From: Octopus bimaculoides
Taxonomy: Eukaryota
NCBI RefSeq assembly: GCF_001194135.2
Contig: NC_068992.1
Location: 27,077,981 to 27,139,094 of the forward strand
Direction: 5' to 3'
Length of the DNA: 61,114 nt
The notes under the pieces are model-generated. The model ran no database searches, had not been told where the DNA came from, and worked only from the letters and a program-made list of their open reading frames with translations. Below, piece by piece: positions 26,734 through 38,915 of the stretch. Within the stretch, counting starts at the first letter, position 1. Each line of letters opens with the position of its first letter. Made by a program: the position numbers and the translations under genes.

Positions 26734-27106
26734 TACTTGGGTTTCTATGTAAGTGAAACTAATAGCAGCGTGGTTTATGCATGTGAGGTGATCGTATAAA
26801 ATAATACATATATATGTGTATGTATGTGTTTGTGCCTTTTTTTTTTATGTGTACAGAAAACGAAAGACAGAGACAGGTGTGAAATGTTTCCTCACTTGTC
26901 TCTGTTTCGTTTTCTGTACACATGAACAATGAACCCATTCTGAATAATAAGCAGGTGAATTAGTTTGAGGCTTGCAAAAAATGGAAAATTCATTGATGTT
27001 TCGAACCTACGCTCTTCGACAGAAATTGGACAGAGAGTCAGACAGAGACAGAAATGAAGTGAGATAAAAAGGTGTGGGGTTTATTTATGTAAGTATGCGT
27101 AAGTAT

Positions 27107-27212
<106 letters not shown>

Positions 27213-28175
27213 GTCAAATATATTTTGAAATCTGATGATTACTACGAACGTATGAAAGCGTATGAACTTTAAGATCGTTGTGAACGTATGAACTTTATGA
27301 ACATTACAAAATATTTCTTTTAATGTTTATCACACTTCAACATTGTAAAAAAAATTACATCTTTTTAAAATACCATAAAAAACATGAAGACCTGAACATG
27401 TTTTAACTTTATGCAATTGATAGATACATGAATATATGTATATGTATATATTATATATACGTGTATCTATATTATATATATCATTTATAAATATATATAC
27501 ATGTATATATGTATATATATATATGTATATATATGTATACACTATATGTGTGTATATATATATATTATATATATGTATGTATGTATGTATGCATGCACAT
27601 AACATTATTAAATGTATATGTGCGAGTAAACAATTACCCAAACAGAAAGTTTATAGGGTTATTTATATTTATGTATATTTGTATGTATATCAGCGACAGA
27701 GATTATTTACAAATGTAGATTGGAAAGAGAAGGAAATATAGGAAGGAGGAACCTATGTATAGTTAGAGAGAGAGGAAGAGAGAGGGAGGGTTAGAGGGAG
27801 TACCATTTTGGCTGAACTTCTCAGCTAGCTTAGCGCCGTTAAGCCATAAATATTTGTCAGTATCCTTAAGTAGATAATCAATATTGACGCTTGAGATAGT
27901 GAGATTTTCAATGACACTTTATGAGCCTTCATGTCGGTCGTTTTGATATGTACTTTAGTGGAACGATCTGACGGCAACTTCACTGAAGATTTGGAGCTTT
28001 AACTCGTTGGTGTGTAAATAATTTGGGGTTCAAATTACAGATCTTTGATAATTGACGAAATGACGGGAAGACGATTTTGCGTGTTACGAAACGGTAAAAT
28101 GATAATTTTTCCTGTCTGAATAGGTTTTAAAATAAATATTTTCAAATAATTTATATAAAATGGCATTGACACTGA

Positions 28176-28177
<2 letters not shown>

Positions 28178-28242
<65 letters not shown>

Positions 28243-28272
28243 GGTGGTGGTGGTGGTGGTGGTGGTGGTGGT
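28178..28272. repeat. Compound (GTA)n(GTG)n microsatellite
   Basis: Directly visible; source of the poly-V ORF. Confidence 0.95.
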
Positions 28273-28610
28273 ATTGGCGTGTTATGTCTTCAAATCTCGC
28301 CTCTTGTCACCGGGAGAGGGCAGGAGGAAATCCTTCGGGACCTGGCAAAGAATGGCGATAGTCATAGAAAATCCTCAAGTAAGTACATAAGTTTTTCAGT
28401 GGAACATTTGTAGGAGAGAATACAAGGGACCTTTCAAATCCTCTACTCTAGACGAACCACAGACTTAATTAAGCACAGTCTGGAATCAGAGGAAACTGGG
28501 GATGTTTTATGTTGGCAACATTTCGTCTATAGAACAATGCTAGAATATTTAGATATGTTCATTTGCCTTGAGTTGAAAAGCATCCAATGTTTTGGAAACC
28601 TTTTCTTTTC

Positions 28611-28806
28611 AGTTCTATATTTAAGAGATGAAGAATTATGTACATTATTTACATTTGACGGATATTTGTCTTCATCTTGTTTGTTGTTAACACAACGTTT
28701 CAGCTGATATACCCCCCAGCCATCAGGTGTCTTGGAGAAATTTCGAACCTAGGTTCTCATTCCTAAGGTATTTTTGGATGTTAGTATTATTATTATTATT
28801 ATTATG

Positions 28807-28858
<52 letters not shown>

Positions 28859-29070
28859 TCACTGCCTGGTATCGAACTCGGAATCTTGGGGTTCGTAGCG
28901 CTCTTAACCACTACGCCATATGCCCATGAGAATGAGAACCCAGGTTCGAAATTTCCCCAAGAGACCTGATGAAGGTTGGAGGGCATATCAGCCGAAACGT
29001 TGTGTTAACAACAAGCAAGATGAGGACAAATATCTGTCAAATATAAATAATATAAATAATGTAAATAATG
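28611..29070. mobile_element. Inverted-duplicated tRNA-head/(AAT)n/hammerhead element (full copy on -, tail-only copy on +)
   Basis: 28611-28926 is the reverse complement of head+(AAT)n+tail; 28928-29060 repeats the tail on +. The arms are reverse complements over about 130 bp. Confidence 0.8.
28961..29006 (+). ncRNA. Minimal type I hammerhead ribozyme motif (dimer-type stem III)
   Basis: GAGAC-CUGAUGA-a-GGUUG/gagggcauau/CAGCC-GAA-ACGU-U-GUGUU: intact core, stem II, palindromic ACGU stem III, stem I with one mismatch. Confidence 0.65.
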
Positions 29071-29620
29071 TGCCTTTTCTTTTGTCTCAGAGCAGGTAGA
29101 GAAAGAGGTAGTGAGAGATAAAGAGGGAGAGACAGAGAATGCTGTAATATCGCTTTGCATGTGGGTCAACAAGAAGCAAAGCTAAAAGGGACGAAACTAA
29201 ATACATTTAAACAATTACTTCAGTCTTCTTTGATATTTAAAAGTAATAAATTTGAACGTTTATATACTCTGAAGAGACATGAATATAAACGATGTTTTCT
29301 GTTGGTCTTTTGTATTTGATTCTCCGAGATTGAGTTCGACCCAAATCATTAGAATTGACGTCCTCGTCACTTCACAGTGCTGAGTTTATACAGATTTGAG
29401 AACTTTGAGAATAGACTGGTGCTGACGTAAACTCCAAACTCCGGGTACTCTGAGCCGTACTCTGGTCTTTATTTCCCTGCAATGCACCAACCCAAAACAC
29501 TATAATTGAACAGAATATTTGTTTTTGTTTTGACTAGGCAAAACGCCCTAACGGCAAGATTATCGAGAATGTAATTGTTATACCCTTTTCAAAAATATGA
29601 TTGACCTCCATAGCAGCTTC

Positions 29621-29880
29621 GTGGAGGTGCGTGGTTTAGTGACTGAGGTATGACACTAACGATCGCAAGATCATGATTTCGCTTCGCGGACCGAGCGATG
29701 CGTTGTGTTCTTGATCAAAACACTTCATTCCACGTTGTTCCAGCCTCCTCAGCTGTAAATGAATAACCCATAACCCGGTCGCCGACCGGCGTACCGCCCA
29801 GGAGAACTGTTGTGATCTCATGGAAACCGGGTAACCAGCCTTATGAGTCCTAGCTCTCGGGACAATACTTACTTTGTAAC
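29621..29880 (+). mobile_element. CORE-like SINE family B copy
   Basis: tRNA-like head gtggaggtgcgtggtttagtg...tttcgcttc followed by CORE-like gttgtgttcttgatcaaaacactt. CORE-SINEs are known from octopus, but the specific family assignment is unverified. Confidence 0.7.
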
Positions 29881-30009
29881 TTCATTTCATTTAGGCTTGT
29901 AACTCAACTGTTTTATTTTTTAATGTTCAGTAATTAAGTATTCCAACACTAACAGCTTGGTTCTCAAGCAGATGGCGTCTTCAACAATTAATCACACTGA
30001 TTATATATA

Positions 30010-30436
30010 TTCTTTTCTACTCTAGGCACAAGGCCCGACATTTGGGGAGAGGGGACCAGTCGATTAGATCCACGCAAGTATGCAACTGGTGCTTAACTTA
30101 TCGACCCTGAAAGGATGAATGGCAAAGTCGACCTTGGCGAAATTTGAACTCACAACGTAAAGAGAGACGAAATACTGCTAAGCATTTCATCCGGCGTGCT
30201 AGCGTTTCTTATTTCTTTATTGCCCACAAGGGACTAAACATAGAGGGGACAAACAAGGACATAGGGATTAAGTCGATTACATCGACTCCAGTGCATAACT
30301 GGTACTTAATTTATCGACCCCGAAAAAATGAAAAGCAAAGTCGGCCTCGGAAGAATTTGAACTCAGAACGTAACGGCAGACGAAATGCCGCTAAGCATTT
30401 TGCCCGGCGTGCTAACGTTTCTGCCAGCTCGCCGCC
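30010..30436 (-). mobile_element. Two tandem SINE family A copies
   Basis: Reverse-complement family A twice (tcttttctactctaggcacaaggccc...gaatttgaactc...; ...ctgccagctcgccgcc). Confidence 0.85.
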
Positions 30437-31195
30437 TTAATGGTTATATAAATTATTAATACACTATATTAATACACTAACTTCATATTAATACACCATC
30501 TATTAATACACTAACTTTTTATATTAATACACTAATTTTTAACTCCTACTTGTGTACAATATTGTATATTTGTCTAAATATTCTCTCGTCACTGCTTTGG
30601 CAAGTATAAAGATGTCTATGGTTCACTGAGAAGGTCTAATAAGAATAGAAACACGCCTGCAGTTTTCTCTCGCACTTACCGAAATGATTAAAATAATAAT
30701 ATTAATCACTAGGCTAATGTCTTTCCTTCTCTACTTAGATATTTCTAATTAATTTTTAATGCTCACTACATCAAACATGTTAACACCAACATAACTATTA
30801 TCTTTCATGTGGAAGACGACTTTGAATAATTAAACTCAATAATTGTCTGTAATAATGATCTTGTTTCTTAGAATCATGTCCAATATTACTGGAGTGATAG
30901 TGTAACAATCGACTGAATCGCCCTAAGTACGTTATTAATGCTTATACTTGATCCCAGGAGAATAAAAGAGACCGATTGCTGTATTTCGAGTTCTAAAATA
31001 ATGAGACGAAACTATATATCTTTAAGTAGACACGCTATTGTTTACGTTAAATCACTCAATGCTAGAAATACTACTGGTACTAGTCTACCGGTCTCTGAAA
31101 GAAATAATGGCACAGTACCATTTCCGTGGACTTCCTGATCTGAATAATTATGTCTAACATCGGCAAATGTCCGGGAATATTAATATTTCTTTTAT

Positions 31196-32690
31196 CCGCC
31201 GAGGTCGACTTTGCCTTTCATCCTTTTGTGGTCGATAAACTAAGTATTAGTTGCGTACTGGGGTCGATCTAATCGACTGGCCCCCTCCCCAAAACATTTT
31301 GGGCTTTGTGCCTAAAGTAGAAAAGAATATTTCTTTTATCCCCCAGAAGAATGAAGATGTTAGAATCTAAAATATTCGAACTTAAAAAATAGAGCGTGTA
31401 AATGCACTAAGCATATTTTCGATGTGCTAAAGACTCTGCCAGTTCCCGTTCTTATGCTGTTGTGCTACATTGAAGCCCAAAGTGTTTTATACTTAGGTAG
31501 CAGCTATTTAGTCTAGCGATTCCAAAACATGAAAGATAAAATAGAAATTGGAAGCAAATTCGTATCGGAAGATGTACAAAACTAGACATCTCAACAGCGT
31601 TTTATTCTCTTCTTTTGTTTATAAGTAAAGTGAGTGAACAGGCATGGGTATTTCAATTCCGGGTGACGCACATTACAACATGTGCTTTCTTTCGAACTTC
31701 TATAGTCTGAGCTGAAGTTACTTCAGTCAAATAAATAACATGCCTGGTACTAAACTGAATTAATGAACTATATCCTTTACGTCCTTTGTAAATACATAGC
31801 CAATGTGAGAAGGCATTAATTAGACATTAAGCGGGGTTGTATGTTGGTAGAATCGTTCGAGTGCCAGAAAACATTTGTTAGGACACTTTACGATTTCAGT
31901 TCATATACAATCGATGCCAACTTGTCCTTTCATCCTCTGGCATCGATAAAAAGGACCTTTCGTGTATTTGAGTCGATGTGATCGACTAGCCCAGCCCCTT
32001 ACCTCAAAATTGCCGAATTTGTGCCTAAATTAGAAGCGATTGCTATGGATTAAAACAGAGTGACGGATTGATGGTATCTTTATAATGCCGGACAAACTGT
32101 CATGCAGTATCTCTTCAGGTATTTACGTTCTGAATTCAAATCTTACCGTGGTTAACTTTATCTTTCGTCATTTTGAGTCAATGACATTGAAGAAAATCAA
32201 GTACAGCATCAGTGAAATCGACCTTTCTATCACCACCACTCTCAAAAATATTATGTCCTTTGCACTTATGTTAGAATCATTGTTATGAATCAAGAGAAGG
32301 TGGCGAGTTAGTTGAACAGTTAGCACTCCGGACAAAATGCTCATATTCCACCGAGGTCGACCTTGCCTTTCATCCTTCTCACGATCGATTAAATAAGTTC
32401 CAGTGAAGTACTGGATAGATGTAATCGACTTACGCCCTCCCCACCAAAGCTGCTGGCCCTGTTCAAAAATTTGAAACCATTATCATGGATTAAAATAGGA
32501 TTGTGGATTGATAAACTTTGTTGAGCGTCGAACAAAAATGCCAGGCAGGATGTATTTACTCTGGCTCCTTCCGTTCTGATTTCAAATCCCGCTACAGTCA
32601 ACTCTGCCTTTTCTTCTTCCGAAGTCGCTAAAATAAAGTACCAGTTAAGTACTGGGGCCAATATACCCTATTGTACTCGTTGCCCAAAAC
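31196..32690 (+). mobile_element. Cluster of + strand SINE family A copies of varying divergence (about 31196-31330, 31830-32040, 32050-32240, 32299-32480, 32540-32690)
   Basis: Repeated ccgaggtcgac(t/c)ttgcctttcatcc / gtcgat..aatcgact motifs. Confidence 0.75.
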
Positions 32691-32818
32691 TTCTTTCTTT
32701 AAAAGAAACACTTTTATGAATTAAGGAAATTCCTTAAGAAAAGGTTTATAAATTTTCAGGAAACACAATGCTATTTTTCAAATATTTTTAAAGGGGAAAG
32801 ACATATTGTATATAACGG

Positions 32819-33045
32819 TTTCAAATTTTGGCACAGGACCAGCAATTCCAGGGAGAGGCTAAGTCGATTACATAGACCTCGAGGCTAAGTCGATTACATA
32901 GTACTCATCTGGCACTTATCTTATCGACCCCAGAAGGATGGAAGACAAAGTTGGCCACAGCGGAATTTGAGATCAGAACGTAAAGGCAGACGATATGCCG
33001 CTAAGAATTTTTTCTGCGTGCTAAAGATTCTACCAGCTCGCCTCC
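32819..33045 (-). mobile_element. SINE family A copy with an internal 21-bp duplication
   Basis: Reverse-complement family A; gaggctaagtcgattacatag occurs twice at about 32855-32901. Confidence 0.8.
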
Positions 33046-33069
33046 TTAATCGTTCCCTAATGTATTACA

Positions 33070-33620
33070 GGTACGCATGAAATCACATTTAGATTTCAAA
33101 GGATGGCAACAGTAAGACTCTGAACGCTCGTCTGAGATGACGAAGACGAAAAATGAGAACAACAGTAACAAAAGCAACAATATTTATGTCTAAGGAATAC
33201 GAGGCGAATAATAAAGGTAAGATGTAAGATCGCACGCAGAACGAGACCCTGTTCGAGACGGATGTGATAGTGAACATGAGCAACGAAATATGGAAGTGGT
33301 CCTGAGGAAACATCCTAAATATGACTGTATGACAGCCATGACATGAGCCCCTTGAGGGAAGCGGAAACATGGAAGATCCAACAATACCTGGGGAAGAATT
33401 CTCGAAAAAGGGAGACATGTAGTAAGTGGGACCAAGTACAAACTACAGTAGTAGACAAGGTGGCGTGAAGAGAGAGAGAGAGAGAGAGAGAACCTTATGT
33501 GTCACCTGGCACGAAGTCGAGAAGAAGAAGAAGAAGAAGAAGAAGAAGAAGAAGAAGAAGAAGAAGAAGAAGAAGAAGAAGAAGAAGAAGAAGAAGAAGA
33601 AGAAGAAGAAGAAGAAGAAG
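33070..33620 (+). mobile_element. RTE-clade LINE 3' end with (GAA)n tail
   Basis: VLRKHPKYDCMTAMT*APEGKRKHGRSNNTWGR...DKVAWR...LCVTWHEVE matches the RTE C-terminal motif W.PEGKR..GRP..TW; terminal (GAA)n at 33521-33620. Confidence 0.75.
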
Positions 33621-34139
33621 GTCCATTAGGAAGGAAGAGAATGAAAACAGACAATTAAGGGAAGAAGACTAAGGTTCATCATGGTTTATTCTTGAAAAAT
33701 AACATTTAATATTGTTATTAATTCTAACATTGAAGTTAAAATCAGTTCCGCAGAGAATATGTTGTTGTGATATATTAAGTTTAGAAGGAGAGAAATCAAT
33801 AACAAATAAATTCTCGATTAAAACGAAACAAAGAATTTCTTTATTTGGTAATAAAAGTTACATTAAAGTCTATCGATTAGTTTTATTGATTTTCTCAATG
33901 TATCAATGAATTAATGAAAACCTGAGACGGTGTGATAAGTGAAATTAGATATACATCCGAATCAAAACAACGTAATTGTAATTGCTTCCTTAGTCATAAT
34001 AAGAAACGGTGAATCGACAAGGTCGTTAGAGAATAAGATAAAATGACTTAAGAACATCATCCAGCTCTCCGTGATTTGCGTTCAAATCTCACGAAGTCAT
34101 TGATTTTCACTAATTTCGTGGTCAGTATACAACTTGCAC

Positions 34140-34433
34140 TTGGTCGTTTACAACGACGAGAGGACAACTTGCTCGTGAAATTAACGTGCAAGTGACTGAG
34201 CAATCCACAGACACGCGTACCCTTAATGTAGTTCTCAAGGAAATTCAATATGACATAGAGTATGACATGGATGGCCCTGTGAGCTAAAGGTACAATGAAT
34301 TTTTGCCAGCTGGGTGGACTGGATCAACGAGAAATAAAGCCTCTTGTTCAAGGACACAACACGCCGCCGGGAGTCGAACACACGACCTTATCATCATGAG
34401 CTGAATGCCCTAATCACTAAGCTACGCGCCTTC
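34140..34433 (-). mobile_element. CORE-like SINE family B copy
   Basis: ...gccagctgggtggactggatcaacg...ttgttcaaggacacaac...gagtcgaacac...cactaagctacgcgccttcac is a reverse-complement head plus CORE-like segment. Confidence 0.75.
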
Positions 34434-35836
34434 ACTTTTGGTACACAAAATTTCAGTGAAGGGTTAGGCTTTATTCTTGTCTCTTTCGCTTACACAAGTT
34501 TTCGGTAAAGTATATCCATTACTATGATGTCTTGTAAAACGACGTATAACAGCAGAAGAGCAACAGGAAACCTCTTTTGTATTCTCTTACGAAAATTCCA
34601 TAACACACACGTGTTTATTATCGAAGATGCCAGCAGGAACAGTTCGTCGTCGTCTTTATGCGGACACAACGCCACAGAATCTGATAGTAGTAGGGTATGA
34701 AGTAAAAGAAGATAACATTCTTTGACATTCACAGTTTCCTTAAGAATATTAATGGCATGGCGTAAACGAGAATTAGCTTCAAGCCAAAATCATAATCAGC
34801 AGCTTCGAGGTTTCTGGAATATACATGATAAAACTAAACAACATCTTCGACGAATACATTAGTTTAGTGACGGAAAATCTCTAATAATACATCTGCTGTG
34901 ACCTACCCGAATTGAATTGTTCTATAGTAAAAAGTGTTCGAGATGGGACGTGTAGGTCTTTTTGAATGGACAAATGAATTGCTTTTGATTTCCGGTTCTT
35001 TGGTCTCAGTCTTGTTGTTATTATTACTGCTGCTGTTAAGACGGAGAGCTGACAGAAACGTTAGCACGACGGACGAAATGCTTGGTGGTTTTGTTACGTA
35101 TGATCAATTCTGTGGTGTATTCTTTGCTTGAAGGTTAGTGTTGAAATTGCTGTTGCTGAATTCTTTCATTGTTGTGTTTAATACCGTTCTGCGTATGGCA
35201 TACGGAGTGACCCTTTATTCCCCTCTGTGAGGGGTGGAATTATCAATTTTTTGTGGTGTTTTTTCACAATTTATTTTGTTAAAAATGAATACTTCCGCTG
35301 TAGAGGAAAAAACTCTGAAAAGAACTGTGAAATATTAAGTATGCCGACGGCAGAATGACTTGTCGAACCGACATAAAAGTTTAATTTTGCAGCTGCGGCT
35401 GAAGTGAAAAAAGAAAAACTATGTATTGACAAAAATGTACTAATGCAGTACCAAAACATGTTTGCAAAGGATGGATACGACGTAAAAGCCACCCTCCCGA
35501 GTGAAATTATAGAAGAAACCGCGAAAATAATAGTCATATTTAAAACTCTTGTTGTAAAGGAAAAGAAACTAGACAAAGCATCAAAAGAAGCTATATAAAA
35601 ATGCCTACAGCCGATCTAGCAGGACATAGATAGAATACCTGACCAGAGGCAAACGCTTTGCCACGGTAGTAGTGTATTTCAAAAGTGAAAACAAAGCAAA
35701 GACACACTCAGTACAACCTTTGAAAACCATGGACATTGTATTGCTGCCAACATACTTAGGCAGGCGTTCGTCAAAAATCGCGACAGAAGAGTTCCCGCCA
35801 GAAATAAACGTATGATGGCTACTCCCAGCCCTAATA

Positions 35837-36193
35837 ATGGGAATAGAAGAAGAAATGACGATATTACAGGCCTCAAAAATACACCAGCAGAACTGGAAGG
35901 GGCAAAGACTCGAGATCATTATCCAAGCGGCGCCTCAGACCTTGGAAATGATTGTAGAGAACATACACCTCGGAGAAGAAACCACCTTACGGGTAATGGT
36001 GGAGGGAAGAAGACCCCGGTGCTTCGAATGTGGAGAGAAAGGCCACATTCGGGCAAACTGTCCTACCCGTAAAGTGGAGACTGCTCAAAAAAAGGACGCA
36101 GAAGAGACAGAGACACAGAAAACCGACCAGCAGGTTCCCAGCAATGAAAACACTCGACCAGCTGGGAGAGAAGACGGATGGTCTGCGGTATAA
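35837..36193 (+). pseudogene. LINE ORF1 fragment with CCHC zinc knuckle
   Basis: RRPRCFECGEKGHIRANCP (CX2CX4HX4C); frameshifted relative to neighbouring ORF1 fragments. Confidence 0.8.
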
Positions 36194-36366
36194 AGGAAGA
36201 GATTAACCAAAAGGAAGAACCCCAATCCCACCCGCACAACATCCAGCTCGAACAATAAAAAGAAGCTCCCTCAACAGACACACATGAAACTCAAAGTACC
36301 CATTCCCACCACTATTCCCCCAAAAAGCACCAATATCCTCCCCTTCCAACCCTGATAACCTAATGC

Positions 36367-36469
36367 CCTCCAATCCCCACACCTCCAATCCCCACACCTC
36401 CAATCCCCACACCTCCAATCCCCACACCTCCAATCCCCACACCTCCAATCCCCACACCTCCAATCCCCA
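36367..36469 (+). repeat. 15-bp perfect minisatellite (CCTCCAATCCCCACA) x about 6.9
   Basis: Six identical units plus a 13-nt partial unit, inside the LINE ORF1 3' region. Confidence 0.95.
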
Positions 36470-36845
36470 TCCTCTAGTCCCGATATCCCTCTTCCCCTCC
36501 GCCCAGCACAGGAAAATCATCCCTCCCCTCCAGTCCCGGAAAAAATTATGGCAAAACAAATTACTATTAGTGGCAATAAATGCCACGAACGAATAATTAA
36601 CATCTAGAATAAAAAATATTCCTACAGCAGAAATCTTCACAGAACATTATACAAAACTTACTGAAGGAATTATGATAATAAAAATAGACAATATAAACCT
36701 TGCAATACTAAAATCATATTTCCCCACAGACATAGCCCCCCACACCCGAGGCTGGACTTCAGTACGCCCATGTACGAGGACATATGTCAAATCACTCCAC
36801 GAGGAAAAGGACAAGGACGAAAGCCACTGATGCCAAGGTAAGTAG

Positions 36846-37772
36846 ATGGCTTGAATTCATGCTGGTTGTTTGAATGTGCGTGGCCTGGGGTCAAGCTGGA
36901 AGCATGGTCGCTTCCTTAATGACATCAGGTCGTGCAAGTTGGACGTCATTGTTGCTACGGAAACCAGGTTAAGGGGGCCAAGAGATCTCCTCCTGCTATT
37001 TGATGGCTACGAGAGTTTTTTTCACTCCGGGCTATCCTACTGGCGGGAGGTGGGGTGTTGGTTCTGTTAAAAAGAAACCGGGGTTCTGAGAAAAAGTTAA
37101 TTTTCTTCAAATCCAGAAGGTAGGCTGGTCGTCATGGATTTGACGTTCAGTCGTGGTAAGATTATCAGACTGGTTGCAATTTATGCACCCACTGAAAACA
37201 AGCAAAGTGAGCATTTTCAGAACCTGGAGAAGTTTCTCGGTACATCACATTCTCTACTTGTGCTAGGAGACTATAACACAATCTGCGAGGCACGCGTAGA
37301 TTATGTTGGCTCGTGTTCTGATAGAAGTGGTAATGCTTGTTTCCTGGAACTGCTAAACCGCTTTGATTTAGCAGATCCTTATAGGCTGGAATTTCCGAAC
37401 GCTCCATTGTGGACATGGTCAAACAGCGACGGACCTTCCAGGTCATACCTAGATAGGGTGTTAATTAGAAAAGCAGATAAGGATATTGTTAGGTGTCCAC
37501 AGTTTTTCCTGGTCAGCTACAGTGATTATAAAATGGTCACCTACACGCTCGACATAGTTAAGTTATCTAATAGAGGATCCGGTTATTTGAAACTTAATAC
37601 GTCCTTCTTGACGATTAAGGAGTACAGAGACCGGATTAAGTTATTGATTCAGAGGGCATTAACCGGATCTGTTATTAATAACAAATGGTGGTATGGGTTA
37701 GGGTTAGCCATTAAATTTCAGTCTATTAGATATAGCACTGATTTAGTAGCTAGAGAGACTAGGAAGGGATAA
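36846..37772 (+). pseudogene. LINE ORF2 apurinic-like endonuclease domain (disrupted)
   Basis: In-frame TGA at codon 3 and a frameshift near 37070-37130; APE motifs as listed for the element. Confidence 0.85.
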
Positions 37773-37974
37773 GTATTAGCTAAGGACTTAGAGGAAACAA
37801 TGGAATCTGGCTCTGCATCAAGAGACTGGCGTGAAACCAGCACCCCGAAGCCTAACATATGGGTTGCATTGTCAGACCTAGGATTCGTGCATTAGGCTGT
37901 GAAGGAATCAAGGCCTCCATGTCACTTAGCAGGGTGGACGGTACCATGCTGGTTTTTAATTTTTTTTTTCCAAA

Positions 37975-38915
37975 AGGTAATGAATCGACCTCAGTGTTTC
38001 ACTGATACTTAATTTATCGACCCCGAAAAGATGAAAGAAAAATTCGACCTCGATGGAATTTGAATTTAAAACGTAAGGATAGAGTAAAATGCCGCTAAGC
38101 ATTTTTCCCGACGTACAAAACGTTCTACCAGCTCACCACTTGATAATAATAATAATAACAATAATCTTTTCTACTGGAGGCATAAGGCCTCAGATTTGTG
38201 GGGAAGGGACTAGTCGATTACATCGACCCCAGTGTTTCCCTGGTACTTAACTTATCGACTCCAAAAAGATGAAAGGTAAAGTCAACCTCGGTGGTATTTG
38301 AATTCAGAACATGAAGACAGACGAAATGGCGCTAAGCATTTCGCCGCGTGCTAACGATTCTGCCTGCTCGCCGCATTGATAATTCTTTCAAATTTTGATA
38401 CAAGGCCAGTAATTTTTTCGAGAGACGGGTAAGTCGATTTCATTGACCTCGGCGGAATTTGAACTCAGAACGTAATGACGGACGAAGTATCGCTGAGCAT
38501 TTTCCCCGGTGTGCTTAACAATTCTGCTGGCTCACCGCCTTAAAACAAACATAACCACCACCACATATTCGAACCCCTAGTATTACTAACACCATCACCA
38601 CCGCCGCCATAAAATCGTTCCCCATCTACCCATGTCACTATCATATAAGGCGGTCCTACTACCTTCGCTATGAGTACCGATACCGTAGAAGAAGAAGAAG
38701 AAGAAGAATCCTTTCTACTACAGACACAAGGCCTGAAATATGTGGGGAGGGGTTAGTCGATGTAATCGACTCTATTTCTCCATTGGTGCTTATTTTTATC
38801 GACCGAAGAAAAGTACCAAAGGCAACTTCGACCGTGATGGAATTTGAACTTCGAGCGTAAATCCAGATGAAGTGCTGCGAAACATTTTGTCCGATCTGCT
38901 AACGATTCTGCCAAA
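37975..38915 (-). mobile_element. Chain of at least 4 SINE family A copies, all on - strand
   Basis: Copies at about 37975-38140, 38165-38375, 38385-38542 and 38710-38915, separated by (AAT)n/(GAA)n-like spacers. Confidence 0.85.

Larger units (their letters stand above)
35300..37950 (+). mobile_element. Tx1/L1-clade LINE, decayed and 3'-truncated (ORF1 gag-like, ORF2 APE; no RT in window)
   Basis: ORF1 pieces with CCHC knuckle CFECGEKGHIRANCP; ORF2 from ATG 36846 with APE motifs LNVRGL, ATETRL, AIYAPT, LGDYN, DPYR..W.W....SYLDRVL, SDYKMV, GYLKLNTSFL. Confidence 0.85.

Noticed and set aside
30605-30665. ctgagaaggtctaataagaatagaaacacgc resembling a hammerhead
   Set aside because: Stems I and III do not pair and the core is incomplete.
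36835-36845. Consensus splice donor AAG|GTAAGT between LINE ORF1 and ORF2
   Set aside because: A single motif in a dead element; no evidence of use can be drawn from sequence alone.
37697-37710. gggttagggttag inside the LINE ORF2
   Set aside because: Only two units and in coding frame (GLGLA); coincidental rather than telomeric.
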